A stretch of 64,000 nt of DNA from Coleofasciculus sp. B1-GNL1-01 (GTDB lineage Bacteria > Cyanobacteriota > Cyanobacteriia > Cyanobacteriales > Coleofasciculaceae): NCBI GenBank assembly GCA_040220235.1, contig JAVJTO010000053.1. One strand, 5' to 3'. Shown piece by piece: positions 37,833-48,569 of the stretch; position 1 is the first letter of the stretch; each line of letters begins with the position of its first letter. Below the pieces are notes generated by a model. The model made no database searches, was not told the DNA's origin, and saw only the letters and a list, made by a program, of their open reading frames with translations. A program made the position numbers and the translations under genes.

Positions 37833-39251
37833 CTAGAAATTAAAAAATCCCTCATCCGAAGAGAAATCCTGGTGTTCCAGCCAATCTTGACCCAACTGAA
37901 TGGTCACATCGGAGGCTAGAGAACCCGTACTTTCAACCCGAACCTCACCAAATCCCAAATCAGCGCGGATAGCCGCAGCGCTGGCTTCGTCTCCTTGTTG
38001 GGCGATGATGCGGGTGACGCGCAAGGGTTCTGCCCAGGGTTCGCCGACATAATTATTTCGATAACCTGCTTCTGTTAGGGTACTGATTAGGGATTGAACC
38101 GCTTCTGGATTATCGGTACTATCTTGAATCGCCACCCGCAAATAAGCTGGATCAATATCGGAGAGTTCGCTATAACCTTGATCGAAATGTTGAGCCACCA
38201 TTTGTCGAATCTGGCGGTGGTTTGGTAACCAGTAACTGACTTCAGTTTCTCCGGTACCGTTAAACCGCCCCGGAACCATTAACATTTGTACATCAGACCG
38301 TTTACTATCAACAGCGAATCCAATCAAAGCCACCAATTCTTCAACGCTTAAGTTGGTGTCAATGTGAGACTGAATCACCGATAAAATTTTAGGCAGTCGG
38401 GCTAACGTTGTAGGATTGAGTGCTTGTTCTATTAATGCCCGCATCAGTATTTGCTGACGCTGTACTCGACCGACATCCCCATATTTGTCATAGCGAAAGC
38501 GCAAAAATTGCATTGCCTGCTCGCCATTCAAATGCTGTTTGCCTTGCTTGAGGTTGATATAAAGATGTTGAGAATCATCTTGATATTTCATGTCCTGGGG
38601 AACATACACGGTGACACCACCCAAGGCATCCACGAGCTTTTCTACACCTTGAACATTCACTCGCACATAACGGTCAATCCCTACACCATCGAGGAGTTCA
38701 CTGGCTGCCTTTGCTGTTAATGCGGGTCCCCCATGGTAATTCGCGGCGTTGATTTTGATCAAACCATACCCTTCAACGTAGGTTTTGGTATCACGGGGAA
38801 TGGAAAGGACATTTAATTTTTGGTTGGTGGGGTCAAACCGAACCAACAGCATGGTGTCGGAATGCCCATCAAAGGAATTTACCAGTGCATGGTAACCTAA
38901 GTCCTCCTCTGTGGGTTCATCCAAGTCAGAGGTGAGAACTTTTGTCCCCAAAATTAATATATTGACAGGTCGTGTTAATTCGGGCAGTCGCATACTATTG
39001 CGAGTAATACTGCCTTTTTCGCTAAAGACGGCTGCCTCATCATCACTCAGTTGGCTTTGCAGTAAAGGCATACTCGATAGCGAAACAGCAAGCATTGCCC
39101 CGGCTGTCGCGGATAACATGGCGACGCCAGTAAAGCCTAACCACAGCCAAAGCCAATGTCCTCGTTTAGCTTTAGCCGATTTCTTTTTCGGCGGTTGACT
39201 CCTCTTTTTTTGTCTTGGGCGGGGTTGTTCGTAGGTTTTTCGAGCTGGCAC
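37833..39251 (-). CDS. LCP (LytR-CpsA-Psr) family protein with LytR_C domain
   Basis: SDTMLL, LSIPRDT, KINAA, LRFRYD, DVGRVQRQQ. Confidence 0.95.
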   Translation of the reverse strand: MPARKTYEQPRPRQKKRSQPPKKKSAKAKRGHWLWLWLGFTGVAMLSATAGAMLAVSLSSMPLLQSQLSDDEAAVFSEKGSITRNSMRLPELTRPVNILILGTKVLTSDLDEPTEEDLGYHALVNSFDGHSDTMLLVRFDPTNQKLNVLSIPRDTKTYVEGYGLIKINAANYHGGPALTAKAASELLDGVGIDRYVRVNVQGVEKLVDALGGVTVYVPQDMKYQDDSQHLYINLKQGKQHLNGEQAMQFLRFRYDKYGDVGRVQRQQILMRALIEQALNPTTLARLPKILSVIQSHIDTNLSVEELVALIGFAVDSKRSDVQMLMVPGRFNGTGETEVSYWLPNHRQIRQMVAQHFDQGYSELSDIDPAYLRVAIQDSTDNPEAVQSLISTLTEAGYRNNYVGEPWAEPLRVTRIIAQQGDEASAAAIRADLGFGEVRVESTGSLASDVTIQLGQDWLEHQDFSSDEGFFNF

Positions 39252-39493
39252 TTGGTTTCCTCACACACACATAAGCGATCAGGATGGGTTTGGGCAGATG
39301 ATACACGCCGATGCCCTCATTGCTTACCCTGAGTCTGATTTAGAGCGTTTGACACAAACACTCATATCAGGTTTTCTCACCGTTTGGGGCAAAACCAGGC
39401 AAATACGGCAAAAGATGAGAACAGTTGATCAACTTCAGGCAAAAAGCCCATCACCATTTTCCTATAACTGGACAACCCAAACGCTGAAATCGT

Positions 39494-39871
39494 TTACTCA
39501 GATAGATGCTTTCGCACTTTTCCTTCCGCAACCTGGCTAATCCCAGGGAGACGGGGTAACTTCCCTTGCCCCAAGCGCACCATGAGCCAAACACTGGCTA
39601 AAAAATACCCAGAGGTGAGCATGGTATTCATAAATAACAGGCGGAAGCTCCAAAACTCGGTGAGCTGCGCCCCTGACAATAATAAAATGTAGCCTACTAG
39701 CCAAGCGAAAGCCAAGGTTACGGACAAACGACTCACGGCTTGCTGTTCTCGTGTTCCTTGACGACGGTAGAGTGTCCACAGTGCCGGAAAAAACCCGATC
39801 ACGGGCAGCAGGTAGGCAAATAGCTGTAAACGTTGGAGGTTTTGATTGTCCAATCGGTCGAGGTGATTCAT
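39494..39871 (-). CDS. Small membrane hypothetical protein
   Basis: Three hydrophobic segments; LPVIGFFPALWTLY; ATG at 39871. Confidence 0.7.
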   Translation of the reverse strand: MNHLDRLDNQNLQRLQLFAYLLPVIGFFPALWTLYRRQGTREQQAVSRLSVTLAFAWLVGYILLLSGAQLTEFWSFRLLFMNTMLTSGYFLASVWLMVRLGQGKLPRLPGISQVAEGKVRKHLSE

Positions 39872-39926
39872 TGGTGCTAAAAAAGGGAATAATATCACAA
39901 CCGCATACCAGATGGCATAAAAACTT

Positions 39927-40130
39927 ATGGGTATTCAATTCAATTTCATTGTCAAAGTCTTAATTCTCTCCCTTGGCATTTCCCTGCTGATTAAGTACGC
40001 CAGTCCTAGTTTACCCCCTATTCCGGCAACGTCTGGGAATGCCCTGATTGCTGTACTCACACCTGCTATGATTTTGGCGATCGCTCTTTTGTGGCGCTTC
40101 TGGCAATTTCGTCAGCATCCGGTTGAGTAG
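39927..40130 (+). CDS. Small two-TM hypothetical protein
   Basis: Two hydrophobic helices; 67 aa. Confidence 0.65.
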   Translation: MGIQFNFIVKVLILSLGISLLIKYASPSLPPIPATSGNALIAVLTPAMILAIALLWRFWQFRQHPVE

Positions 40131-40239
40131 TAAGCTGTTCGGCATTTAAACCTTAATATCAATAACGGCGAAAGCCTTGTAGTGCTAGTGCGAGCATCTT
40201 GCTCGCTACTAATACCCAATTTAAATGCATGACAGCTTA
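40131..40239. mobile_element. MITE, inverted copy of 32455-32560
   Basis: TAAGCTGT/ACAGCTTA termini and high internal similarity. Confidence 0.8.
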
Positions 40240-40254
40240 GTCAATACTCAGTCA

Positions 40255-40489
40255 GGGCGGGTTTTGCACAAATGTTATCATCAATAATCAAAGGCAAGTC
40301 CCTAAACCCGCCCCTACAAATTTAAAACAAATGGCAGTGAAAATCTGGATTTTGGGTTCACCGGAACCCTGGATATATCGTAGGACATCAGTCAAGAAAC
40401 CGGGTTTCTTTGGGTGAAAGGTTAATATTGTTGTCATCCTCACGAGAAACCCGGTTTCTAGGAATACTTGACCATGGCGCGTCTCTACA
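40255..40489. repeat. Cluster of REP doublet (40255-40318), AGAAACCGGGTTTCT pair (40395-40459) and a half GCGCGTCTCTACA palindrome
   Basis: Directly visible inverted repeats. Confidence 0.75.
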
Positions 40490-40492
40490 CCC

Positions 40493-43400
40493 TTACCAAG
40501 GACTTCCCACTAATGTAAATGCACTCCAAAAATAAGGGTGAGTAAACGCCTTATCCTCAATTCCCGCTAATTCTTCAGGTAAATCAATCGTGCTATTGGG
40601 AGTAATCAATTGCCCATTTTCAATCCTCACCTGACCCTGAATCATCGCTAATTGGGTTTGTCGCAGCGCTTCGGCTTTAATTGGGACTTGCTTTAAGTTT
40701 TGATAAAACGTGGTCATTAATCCCAATGTCCCTTCATCACTGACATACCAGAGGCTTCCTAAAGCTGATTTGACTCCAGCTTGTACCGCTAATCCGGTAA
40801 ATCCTAACTCAGCTTCTTGATTTCCTAATGCGGTTCGACAAGCACTTAATACCATTAGTTCTACGGGTGGATTATGTAGTCCAAGTTGGCGAATTTGATC
40901 CAGGGATAGTCTCGTATTCCAAAACTGGATGTAGGAATTTTCTGGTTTACCTGGTTTAAATTCACCATGAGTTGCCAAGTGGACAATACCAAAGGGTTGA
41001 TCCGCCCGTGCTGCTTTTAGATTAGCGGGAGTAAACGTAGAATTAAGGAAGGATTCACCTTGCCATAGTTTATCTGCGATCGCGGATAATTCTACTGGCA
41101 CAGCAGGTAAGGGATTTTGCTCTGTAAATTCAGACGCTCCCATTGCCAAAACTTGTAAATCCCTCACATCCACATAACGAGTATCCGTTAGCGACAAACT
41201 CGGCATAAACCCAATACTATAGCGTTCAACAATAAAACCATTCCCATCATGAAGCGCCGCCACAGGTAATGAGCGCAAACCCTGATCCATAATAAAAGCC
41301 AAATTATTAATCTCCCTCTTTCGTAACTCCTCCTCCAACGGAGCAATTAACCACTGATATAATTGTTGGGCGCTAGGAAGATACGGACGAGGAATACGAA
41401 TATCCGTAACCGCACGACGGAAACCTTTTACCATTTCCATCACCCTTTCCCGCGTCGCCCCCGGAACAACAAATCGAATCGGTTCCCCTTCAGCCGTAAC
41501 CAAAATCAACTCCAACTGCGCCCCATCTTCCCACACCTCCTCAGCCAAAACCATAGACTCCCAACCACCAACCCCCTCTGCGAACCTCTGCGCTTCCCTC
41601 TCTTGACCTCTGCGTTTTCTCGTCTCAACTTCCACTCTCCCACCATCATCTCCAACACCATTTCCTGGCACAAACACCGCATAAATCAGAGCTGGTTTCA
41701 CCCCAGTCGCCTGTTCAATACTTTGTAGAATAGCTTGGGTTTGTGCCAGAGTAATAATTGGCGTATTGCTGAGTTTCCAATAGTTTTCATATTGATTGGT
41801 GAATGACCCTTCGATTGCTAAAACCGAATTGAAAACCGGGGAATTATTGATCACACTATCATCTAAGATATTTACCGATTCTCTGATCTGATAACAGTAT
41901 GGAGGACATAGACCGATGATAGAGAGATTGTCTAGACCGATGATAGTAGGATTGTCGGTGATAATCCGAATGTTGCCAAGAGTATAATTACCTGGAAAGG
42001 ATTGGAACGGGGAGATAGTAAAGTCACCACTGCTGATAGCAGAAGTTGTACCGTTTGTTGTCGCATTACCCACTTCAAAGGGAGTGTTACGCAAGCCACC
42101 ACCATGACGAATAGTAATATTACCGTCTTCTACTCCGCCAGCCGTGGAGATGCTAGCTTCTTGATTTAAGTTTGGTGGTATGTCGTTTGGATCAATCCTA
42201 CCGGGAGGAATTTCCTGTAAAGCAGCGAATACAGAACCTGTAACTTGGACAAAGCCAGCAGAATTGACTTCTACATTTCCCCCTCTACCTGTACCCAGGC
42301 TTTGAGTATTGATGACAAAAGTTTCGACATCACCAACCGTACTGGTTAAGCGAACATCACCTCCATTCCCCTCCCTAGAACCAGAAAGCACTCCCCCATT
42401 GGAGAGAGAACCATAGGCTGTGACGGTTATATTTCCTCCATTTCCAGCCCCTTCAGATCCAGAGACAAGCGATCCAGCTATTATTGCACTCAGAGGAAAA
42501 AGACTTTTAGGTGTTTGTGGTGACAATTCTTCAGGAGAAACATTGATCAGAGACAGAGCCGTCTCAAATGCTTCAATAGAAGTCAGTCCTTGCAGCGTGT
42601 TGATAGTACCAACTGTACTGGTGAGGTTGATAGATCCTCCATTTCCTAGTCGAGAGGCAGAAACGACTGGACCAGTAATAATATTATCCCTAGCTGTAAC
42701 TGTAATGTCCCCACCCGTTCCCTCTTCTCCAGAACCCGAAATAATCCATCCTGTGTCGCGAACTATCTCATCGTCGATTCTAAGTTCACCTGCTGAGGTA
42801 TCGATGGCACCGTTTTGGCTAATGATTTCAATTTGACCCCCATTGCTTTGATCAGAACTGGAAACAATTGGACCCGTTGCAATATTACCAAAAGCACGCA
42901 GAGTGATATTTCCACCTCTGCCAGAACTTTCAGAATAGGAAAATACGGCTCCAGACGTGTCTTCTACAGTTCCTCTTGTTGAATCGATTAATATTTCTCC
43001 TGTTTGACTAATCAGGGTAATATTAGCACCATTACCCTTTGATGAACTCGCATTAATTCCTCCCGTAGTAATTGTCCCGTTCGCTTCAAGTTGAATTGCA
43101 CCACTATTCGGACTTGGAGAGCTAAACTCTACCCCTCCTATAGTGACATTACTGGTCGTTAAAAGTCGATTTGTGCTAATTTCACCACCAGCATTGACTT
43201 CAATATTTTCTAAACTACCTAGGTCAGCCGTGGTAATATTGCCATCGGCGGTGAGGCTAATGCCACTACCTGATACCAATGTTCCAGCATTGATGCTCTC
43301 TGCTGAAATTTCTATCCTCCCTTGGGTGAAGATAGTGTCCCCTGGATTCATCGAAAAAGATCCGCCTGAGTTGAAAGTAATTGAACCCCGAAGACTAAAA

Positions 43401-45001
43401 CCGGGAAAATTGATAGGATCAAGTCCCAGAAAGTCATCACCTAAGCCTTCAATAGTAATGGTGTTAGTTGCTTCTAATAGAACATCATTGAAAGCCGCTA
43501 AGGCAACTAACTCTGACTCAAAAATGATTGTTGGTGTGATGTCATTGGAAAGTATTTGACCGGGACTGCCAAAGGGATTGCCAGAAAAAGTAAAAGGTGA
43601 GGTATCTAGGTCATCACCATCTCCCACATCGTCACGGATTAAAATGTCTGTGGGGTCAAGCAGTAAAGTACCAACGTTACCGTTGTCAGCAGTGGTATCT
43701 GCTGTACCCCCAAACTTAAGCTCTTTTTTCCCGGAGACTTCCACTAAGCCGCCATCCCCAGTGTTTAAACCGCCACGGGCGCTAATGTTGCCAGAAAATG
43801 CAGTTTGCCCATCCGCCCAGACAATCACAGTTCCGCCATCACCTGCGGTTAAAGCATCAGCCTGAATCGTAGAATTTTCATCAACTAATGTGATATCAGC
43901 ATTCGGAATTATTCCTTCACCTTGATAATCGCCACCAATGCGAACAGTTCCGCCATTATTTGTCCCCGATGCGTCAATATTGGCAGAAATTAACCCTACG
44001 GTTTTGCCAATAATATTTATCTCGCCGCCAATGGCTGGTGAGGGCGAATAGACGTTTGCCGATGCATTTTCAATATTAGAGACATCAATAGTGCCAGAGA
44101 TAATGGTAATGTCTGTTTCATTGGGAAGAATTAAGTCAGAATCGGTTAATTTCACCGTTTCGGCTGAATCCACCTCAACACCTGTCTCCAGGTTTTCCTC
44201 TGTTCCCGTCAACAATTCAGCTAAATCTAAGGGTGTAAAGGGAATAACTTGTCCCGAACTATTCACCAATGGTTCAACCTCCAAAGACAGCAATTGTCCG
44301 GCTTGAGAAATCTTGACCCGATGAGAACCGGGAACGGCTGCAATGGTAATTCTTCCTCCCGGTGCTGTTAGTTCTCCCGTATTAATAACCGTACCACCGA
44401 GTAAAGTTAAATTCTGACCCTGGGAGATAGCTAAATTTCCGGCATTAATAATACTTCCAGGCTGAGATACATCAAAGATAAACTGTCCAGGATTTCCGAC
44501 GAATTGCTGATACTCATTTGTGCCAAAGGCATTGAACCAACCATTCTCGCCAAACCCAATCCCTGTAGCTGTTGTCGCCATAAAATCCGCCGGAACATTT
44601 AATTGAGCATTTTGCCCAAACACGATTCCCGCCGGATTCATTAAATATAAATTGGCATTTCCCCCTGTCACCTGAATCAAACCATTAATCAACGAGGGAT
44701 TTCCGCCCATCACTCGTCCGAAAATATTGTTGAGGTGTGGATTTGCCAAAAAGTTGGCGATTTCACCTGCATCTAAGCCAAACTCCTGGAAACTGTGGAA
44801 TAGATTGGTTTCGTCACTTGACAAACTGCCGCCATTAATGTTATGTGTATCTCCCTGTTGGTCAACAGTTGTACCCGTTCCATCGGATGCTGGGGTAATT
44901 GATTGTGCGAGTGTTTCTGAACCAACAAGACTCCCCACTATGGGCAGAAGAATAGCTGGAGTAACAGACAGCAAGCTCAAGTACCATGGAGCAGATTTCA
45001 T
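40493..45001 (-). CDS. Filamentous-haemagglutinin N-terminal (TPS) domain protein with C-terminal CHAT peptidase domain
   Basis: NLFHSFQEF, LYLMNPAGI secretion domain; GTLLLDP; HLATHG and LSACRTA dyad; HPYFWSAFTLVGSPW. Confidence 0.93.
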   Translation of the reverse strand: MKSAPWYLSLLSVTPAILLPIVGSLVGSETLAQSITPASDGTGTTVDQQGDTHNINGGSLSSDETNLFHSFQEFGLDAGEIANFLANPHLNNIFGRVMGGNPSLINGLIQVTGGNANLYLMNPAGIVFGQNAQLNVPADFMATTATGIGFGENGWFNAFGTNEYQQFVGNPGQFIFDVSQPGSIINAGNLAISQGQNLTLLGGTVINTGELTAPGGRITIAAVPGSHRVKISQAGQLLSLEVEPLVNSSGQVIPFTPLDLAELLTGTEENLETGVEVDSAETVKLTDSDLILPNETDITIISGTIDVSNIENASANVYSPSPAIGGEINIIGKTVGLISANIDASGTNNGGTVRIGGDYQGEGIIPNADITLVDENSTIQADALTAGDGGTVIVWADGQTAFSGNISARGGLNTGDGGLVEVSGKKELKFGGTADTTADNGNVGTLLLDPTDILIRDDVGDGDDLDTSPFTFSGNPFGSPGQILSNDITPTIIFESELVALAAFNDVLLEATNTITIEGLGDDFLGLDPINFPGFSLRGSITFNSGGSFSMNPGDTIFTQGRIEISAESINAGTLVSGSGISLTADGNITTADLGSLENIEVNAGGEISTNRLLTTSNVTIGGVEFSSPSPNSGAIQLEANGTITTGGINASSSKGNGANITLISQTGEILIDSTRGTVEDTSGAVFSYSESSGRGGNITLRAFGNIATGPIVSSSDQSNGGQIEIISQNGAIDTSAGELRIDDEIVRDTGWIISGSGEEGTGGDITVTARDNIITGPVVSASRLGNGGSINLTSTVGTINTLQGLTSIEAFETALSLINVSPEELSPQTPKSLFPLSAIIAGSLVSGSEGAGNGGNITVTAYGSLSNGGVLSGSREGNGGDVRLTSTVGDVETFVINTQSLGTGRGGNVEVNSAGFVQVTGSVFAALQEIPPGRIDPNDIPPNLNQEASISTAGGVEDGNITIRHGGGLRNTPFEVGNATTNGTTSAISSGDFTISPFQSFPGNYTLGNIRIITDNPTIIGLDNLSIIGLCPPYCYQIRESVNILDDSVINNSPVFNSVLAIEGSFTNQYENYWKLSNTPIITLAQTQAILQSIEQATGVKPALIYAVFVPGNGVGDDGGRVEVETRKRRGQEREAQRFAEGVGGWESMVLAEEVWEDGAQLELILVTAEGEPIRFVVPGATRERVMEMVKGFRRAVTDIRIPRPYLPSAQQLYQWLIAPLEEELRKREINNLAFIMDQGLRSLPVAALHDGNGFIVERYSIGFMPSLSLTDTRYVDVRDLQVLAMGASEFTEQNPLPAVPVELSAIADKLWQGESFLNSTFTPANLKAARADQPFGIVHLATHGEFKPGKPENSYIQFWNTRLSLDQIRQLGLHNPPVELMVLSACRTALGNQEAELGFTGLAVQAGVKSALGSLWYVSDEGTLGLMTTFYQNLKQVPIKAEALRQTQLAMIQGQVRIENGQLITPNSTIDLPEELAGIEDKAFTHPYFWSAFTLVGSPW

Positions 45002-45169
45002 GAGATACACCTGAGACCTATTCAGTTGAATTTTACTCCCCGCTGGCAAGGGTTAAATCAACAAGCAATAAAACGCTAAGAAACGAGAAGATACTTGAGA
45101 TTTTGTGATTTTACGATACTTTGGGGGGGTTGGTGAAAATTAACTCAACACCCGACAAGTTCTTTCAAC

Positions 45170-45390
45170 AGGACTTACGCACAAATGCCATTTATGGTAG
45201 GGACACGGCATTGCCCACCCGTGTCAACTTAAGCTCAACCCCTCTCCCCGATTGATTTTCGTTATGGATGTTAGCAGTGCTTCACAGTTTAGATCCCCCT
45301 AAATCCCCCTTCAAAAGGGGGACTTTGATCGTTTCGGGAAGCGAGTATGACATAAGACGAATGACGAATGACATAAGACAAAGGACAAAT
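45170..45390. mobile_element. Patchwork of IS/MITE end fragments and repeats
   Basis: CAGGACTTACGCA, half REP GTAGGGACACGGCATTGCC, GTGTCAACTTAAGCT, TCCCCCTTCAAAAGGGGGA palindrome, heptamers. Confidence 0.5.
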
Positions 45391-45443
45391 AACGATCGCA
45401 AACGAGTAAAATAACTCTTGTCTTGTGATCATCCTGCTTAATT

Positions 45444-45653
45444 TTGACCACCTGGATCACGCTGAAAACAACTCATACCCGCTGGGAAGCCGAGCTGATG
45501 CAGCAGGTTCTGGCAGCTCACGACATCCCTAGTCGGATTATTGATCAGGGTATCCCGTCCTATTTTGGGGCGGGAAGTCCGGCTGCGTTGCAAGTTCGCT
45601 CCTACGATCAATGGACAGCTTTGTTATTGCTCAGTTCTCCAGACGAGGAATAA
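45444..45653 (+). CDS. DUF2007-like small protein
   Basis: [30 protein letters not shown] start. Confidence 0.75.
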   Translation: MTTWITLKTTHTRWEAELMQQVLAAHDIPSRIIDQGIPSYFGAGSPAALQVRSYDQWTALLLLSSPDEE

Positions 45654-45693
45654 GCAGAAATATCGGATAATTATTAAGGAATTAAAACATTTC

Positions 45694-46632
45694 ATGTCTT
45701 TATTTGACTGGTTTGCCAATCGACGAAAATCAGAACCGATTCCCCAACAACGACGGGAACGGGAGATTGCTGATGGATTGTGGACAAAATGTGAGGCGTG
45801 TGCGGTTCTCACCTATACTAAAGACCTGAGAGCCAATCAAATGGTTTGCTCGGAATGTGGTCATCATATCCGGGTTTATAGCGATGAACGGATTCGCCAG
45901 CTTATCGATGGGAATACCTGGATACCCCTGGATGAGCAAATTCGCCCCACTGATCCGCTAAAATTCCGCGATCGCAAATCCTATACAGATCGCCTACAAG
46001 ACTACCAAGCCAAGACTCAACTGACTGACGCCGTGCAAACCGGGATCGGACAGATTCATGGATTACCCATCGCCCTTGGCGTCATGGATTTCAGATTCAT
46101 GGGCGGGAGTATGGGTTCGGTAGTGGGCGAAAAACTGACCCGCCTGATCGAACAAGCCACCCGCCAACGCTTACCTGTGGTGATTATCTGCGCCTCTGGC
46201 GGGGCGAGAATGCAAGAAGGCATGTTAAGCCTGATGCAGATGGCAAAAATCTCTGGGGCGCTGGAACAGCATCGTCAAGCTAACCTACTCTATATCCCTG
46301 TATTAACCCATCCCACCACCGGAGGCGTTACGGCGAGTTTTGCCATGTTAGGGGACATTATCCTGGCTGAACCCAAAGCTACCATTGGCTTTGCGGGACG
46401 CCGAGTGATTGAGCAAACCTTGCGCGAAAAACTCCCCGACGACTTTCAAACCTCTGAATATCTACTCCAGTACGGCTTTGTCGATGCGATCGTCCCTCGC
46501 ACTCAGTTGAAAAAGACGCTAGCACAGCTTATCCGTCTCCATCAACCCTTTCCCACCTCACCTACTGTGGTTTCCCATTCAGAACCGATGACGTTGATGG
46601 CGAAAGGCGCTGATCATACAACGGAGTTTTGA
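45694..46632 (+). CDS. accD: Acetyl-CoA carboxylase carboxyltransferase beta subunit
   Basis: MSLFDWF start; C4 zinc finger; [22 protein letters not shown]. Confidence 0.98.
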   Translation: MSLFDWFANRRKSEPIPQQRREREIADGLWTKCEACAVLTYTKDLRANQMVCSECGHHIRVYSDERIRQLIDGNTWIPLDEQIRPTDPLKFRDRKSYTDRLQDYQAKTQLTDAVQTGIGQIHGLPIALGVMDFRFMGGSMGSVVGEKLTRLIEQATRQRLPVVIICASGGARMQEGMLSLMQMAKISGALEQHRQANLLYIPVLTHPTTGGVTASFAMLGDIILAEPKATIGFAGRRVIEQTLREKLPDDFQTSEYLLQYGFVDAIVPRTQLKKTLAQLIRLHQPFPTSPTVVSHSEPMTLMAKGADHTTEF

Positions 46633-46761
46633 GGGGGAGGGTTTTGTGAGTTTTTACTTATAAATCTTTGACGTAAAAAACTTCTTGAGAGAAAGGCGTC
46701 CCCAGGATGGCATCATATTCATAGTGAAATGACTCAATCTCAATTTCGTCAGTCAATTATT

Positions 46762-46899
46762 ATGGGGTTTTCAGACCGATCAAAGCTGGACATTACTGCT
46801 GAATACACGGTTACCACAAAAAAGATACCCGATCCAGGTAAACCGTTGGGAATCATTGAAAGACTGAAATTCAACAACCCTAACCTAGCTATCGCTTGA
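46762..46899 (+). other. Small ORF or decayed gene (45 aa, MGFSDRSKLDITAEY...) between accD and psbV
   Basis: Not in the ORF track; N-terminus resembles the small cyanobacterial MGFADLSIAEIAA protein recalled from this locus. Confidence 0.4.
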
Positions 46900-47141
46900 G
46901 GTTAGGGATTGCCAGAGACAAGGCGGGTGACGTAAGAAACGATGGGCGGCTTGTGCATTCCCTGTTTTCTGTGAAGAGTTCACTGAAAATCCGTAGTGTG
47001 ACATCTTTAAACGTGCAGACTGTCGGTTTGATCCCCAGGAGTGGTTGACGGCGATGCCCTTCAGGTAGAGGATAAGCTACAGGTTGAGCAATTTTCATGC
47101 ATTTAAAACGAATGAGCCAAATTTTCCAAGGAGAACCCCGA

Positions 47142-47630
47142 ATGAAACGATTGATCTTGCTGGCTGTGGCAATGGTATTCTTTGTATTTCAAATAGCGGT
47201 GAGTAGCGCAACCGCTCTTGAACTCAGTGAGGACATTCGCACCGTTCCCGTGAATGAACAGGGTGATACCACTGTTCTCAGCCTAGAAGAAGTCGCCAAA
47301 GGCAAACGTCTGTTTAACGATAGCTGTAGTCAATGTCATATCGGCGGCAGAACCAAGACAAACCCTAACGTAACCTTACGTCTGGAAGATCTGAAACTGG
47401 CATTCCCGCCTCGGGACAACATTGCCGCTCTCGTAGACTACATGGAAAACCCGACAACCTACGATGGATTTACGGAGATTTATGAATTCCACCCCAGTAC
47501 TCGCAGCGCCGATATCTTTCCTGAGATGAGAAATCTGACGGAAGATGATCTCAAAGCGATCGCGGGTTATATTCTAGTCCAGCCGAAAGTCCAAGGTATC
47601 ATGTGGGGAGGCGGTAAGGTTTACAATTAA
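47142..47630 (+). CDS. psbV: Cytochrome c550 (photosystem II)
   Basis: Signal peptide, CSQCH heme motif, TKTNPNV, HPSTRSADIFPEMRNL, WGGGKVY. Confidence 0.96.
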   Translation: MKRLILLAVAMVFFVFQIAVSSATALELSEDIRTVPVNEQGDTTVLSLEEVAKGKRLFNDSCSQCHIGGRTKTNPNVTLRLEDLKLAFPPRDNIAALVDYMENPTTYDGFTEIYEFHPSTRSADIFPEMRNLTEDDLKAIAGYILVQPKVQGIMWGGGKVYN

Positions 47631-47769
47631 ATCCGGCTTTTTCTGAATGATTCATTGAAGGGTTGAAAGGAGACGATTAAAAGGTTGGAGTTAAAAGCAT
47701 TCAACGTTTAATTGGCTATTATTCAACCCTTCATAAACCAAAAACAAAAGACAAAAAACTTAAAAACTA

Positions 47770-48306
47770 ATGCTGACTAATTGGATTAAAATATTTCGCC
47801 TTAGCCATTCCTACCGATATAAATTTTTTTCAGTTCGCGGTCTTTTCGCTACGTTGATGGCTATCTCTATCGTCTTTATCGCCAGCTCTCCGGCTTATGC
47901 GATAGATGACTACGTTAAACGCTTCTTAAAGGTGACTGAACCCATTGCGTTAGATTTAGATGGACAGGGACAAACCCAGCAATTCACCCCAGAAGATTTG
48001 GCTGAGGGGAAAGAACTGTTTAAAGCCCATTGCATCAATTGTCATGTTGGCGGAACAACCCTACAAGATCCCAGAGTTTCCCTGGGACTAGAAACATTAG
48101 CGGGAGCAACCCCACCTCGCGATAATGTCGATGGGATTATCTCTTTTCTTAGAGAACCCATGACTTATGATGGCAGCGCCCCAAGTTTTTGGTGTCGCCA
48201 AGTCCCAGACACTTGGATGCCACAGGAGCAAATTGAAAAGTTAGCTGCATTTGTCCTGAGAGCGGCTCAAAAGGCTCCCGGTTGGGGTGGGAAGGCTTCA
48301 TCTTAA
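47770..48306 (+). CDS. psbV2: Cytochrome c550-like PsbV2
   Basis: CINCH; ATPPRDN; PMTYDG; WCRQV; directly downstream of psbV. Confidence 0.9.
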   Translation: MLTNWIKIFRLSHSYRYKFFSVRGLFATLMAISIVFIASSPAYAIDDYVKRFLKVTEPIALDLDGQGQTQQFTPEDLAEGKELFKAHCINCHVGGTTLQDPRVSLGLETLAGATPPRDNVDGIISFLREPMTYDGSAPSFWCRQVPDTWMPQEQIEKLAAFVLRAAQKAPGWGGKASS

Positions 48307-48315
48307 GTTGTAGAA

Positions 48316-48487
48316 GTAGAGACGTTCCGGTGGAACGTCTGGAAGATGGGGAAGATGGGGAAGATAGGGAAGATGGGGAAGATAGGGGAGATGGGAAAGC
48401 CATGGTGATAATCGGACACGGCAATGCCGTGTCCCTACCAAAGCTTAGGGATAATTGATTCGTAGGGGCACGATACTATCGTGCCCT
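48316..48487. repeat. GTAG palindromes and (GGAAGATGG)n 9-mers
   Basis: Three different REP-like hairpins plus a tandem array. Confidence 0.8.
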
Positions 48488-48569
48488 GATCTCGCTTCTT
48501 CCCCAGCTCCATTACTAATACGTCATAATGGGGTGTAAATTTTGAGAGTAGCGCTCAAGCTTTGAGCAA

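Noticed and set aside
45541..45693. N-terminal extension of accD (similarly usp to 61776, phosphoesterase from 62226, four-helix gene from 7952)
   Set aside because: Family-typical starts lie downstream; several extensions overlap another gene or mobile DNA
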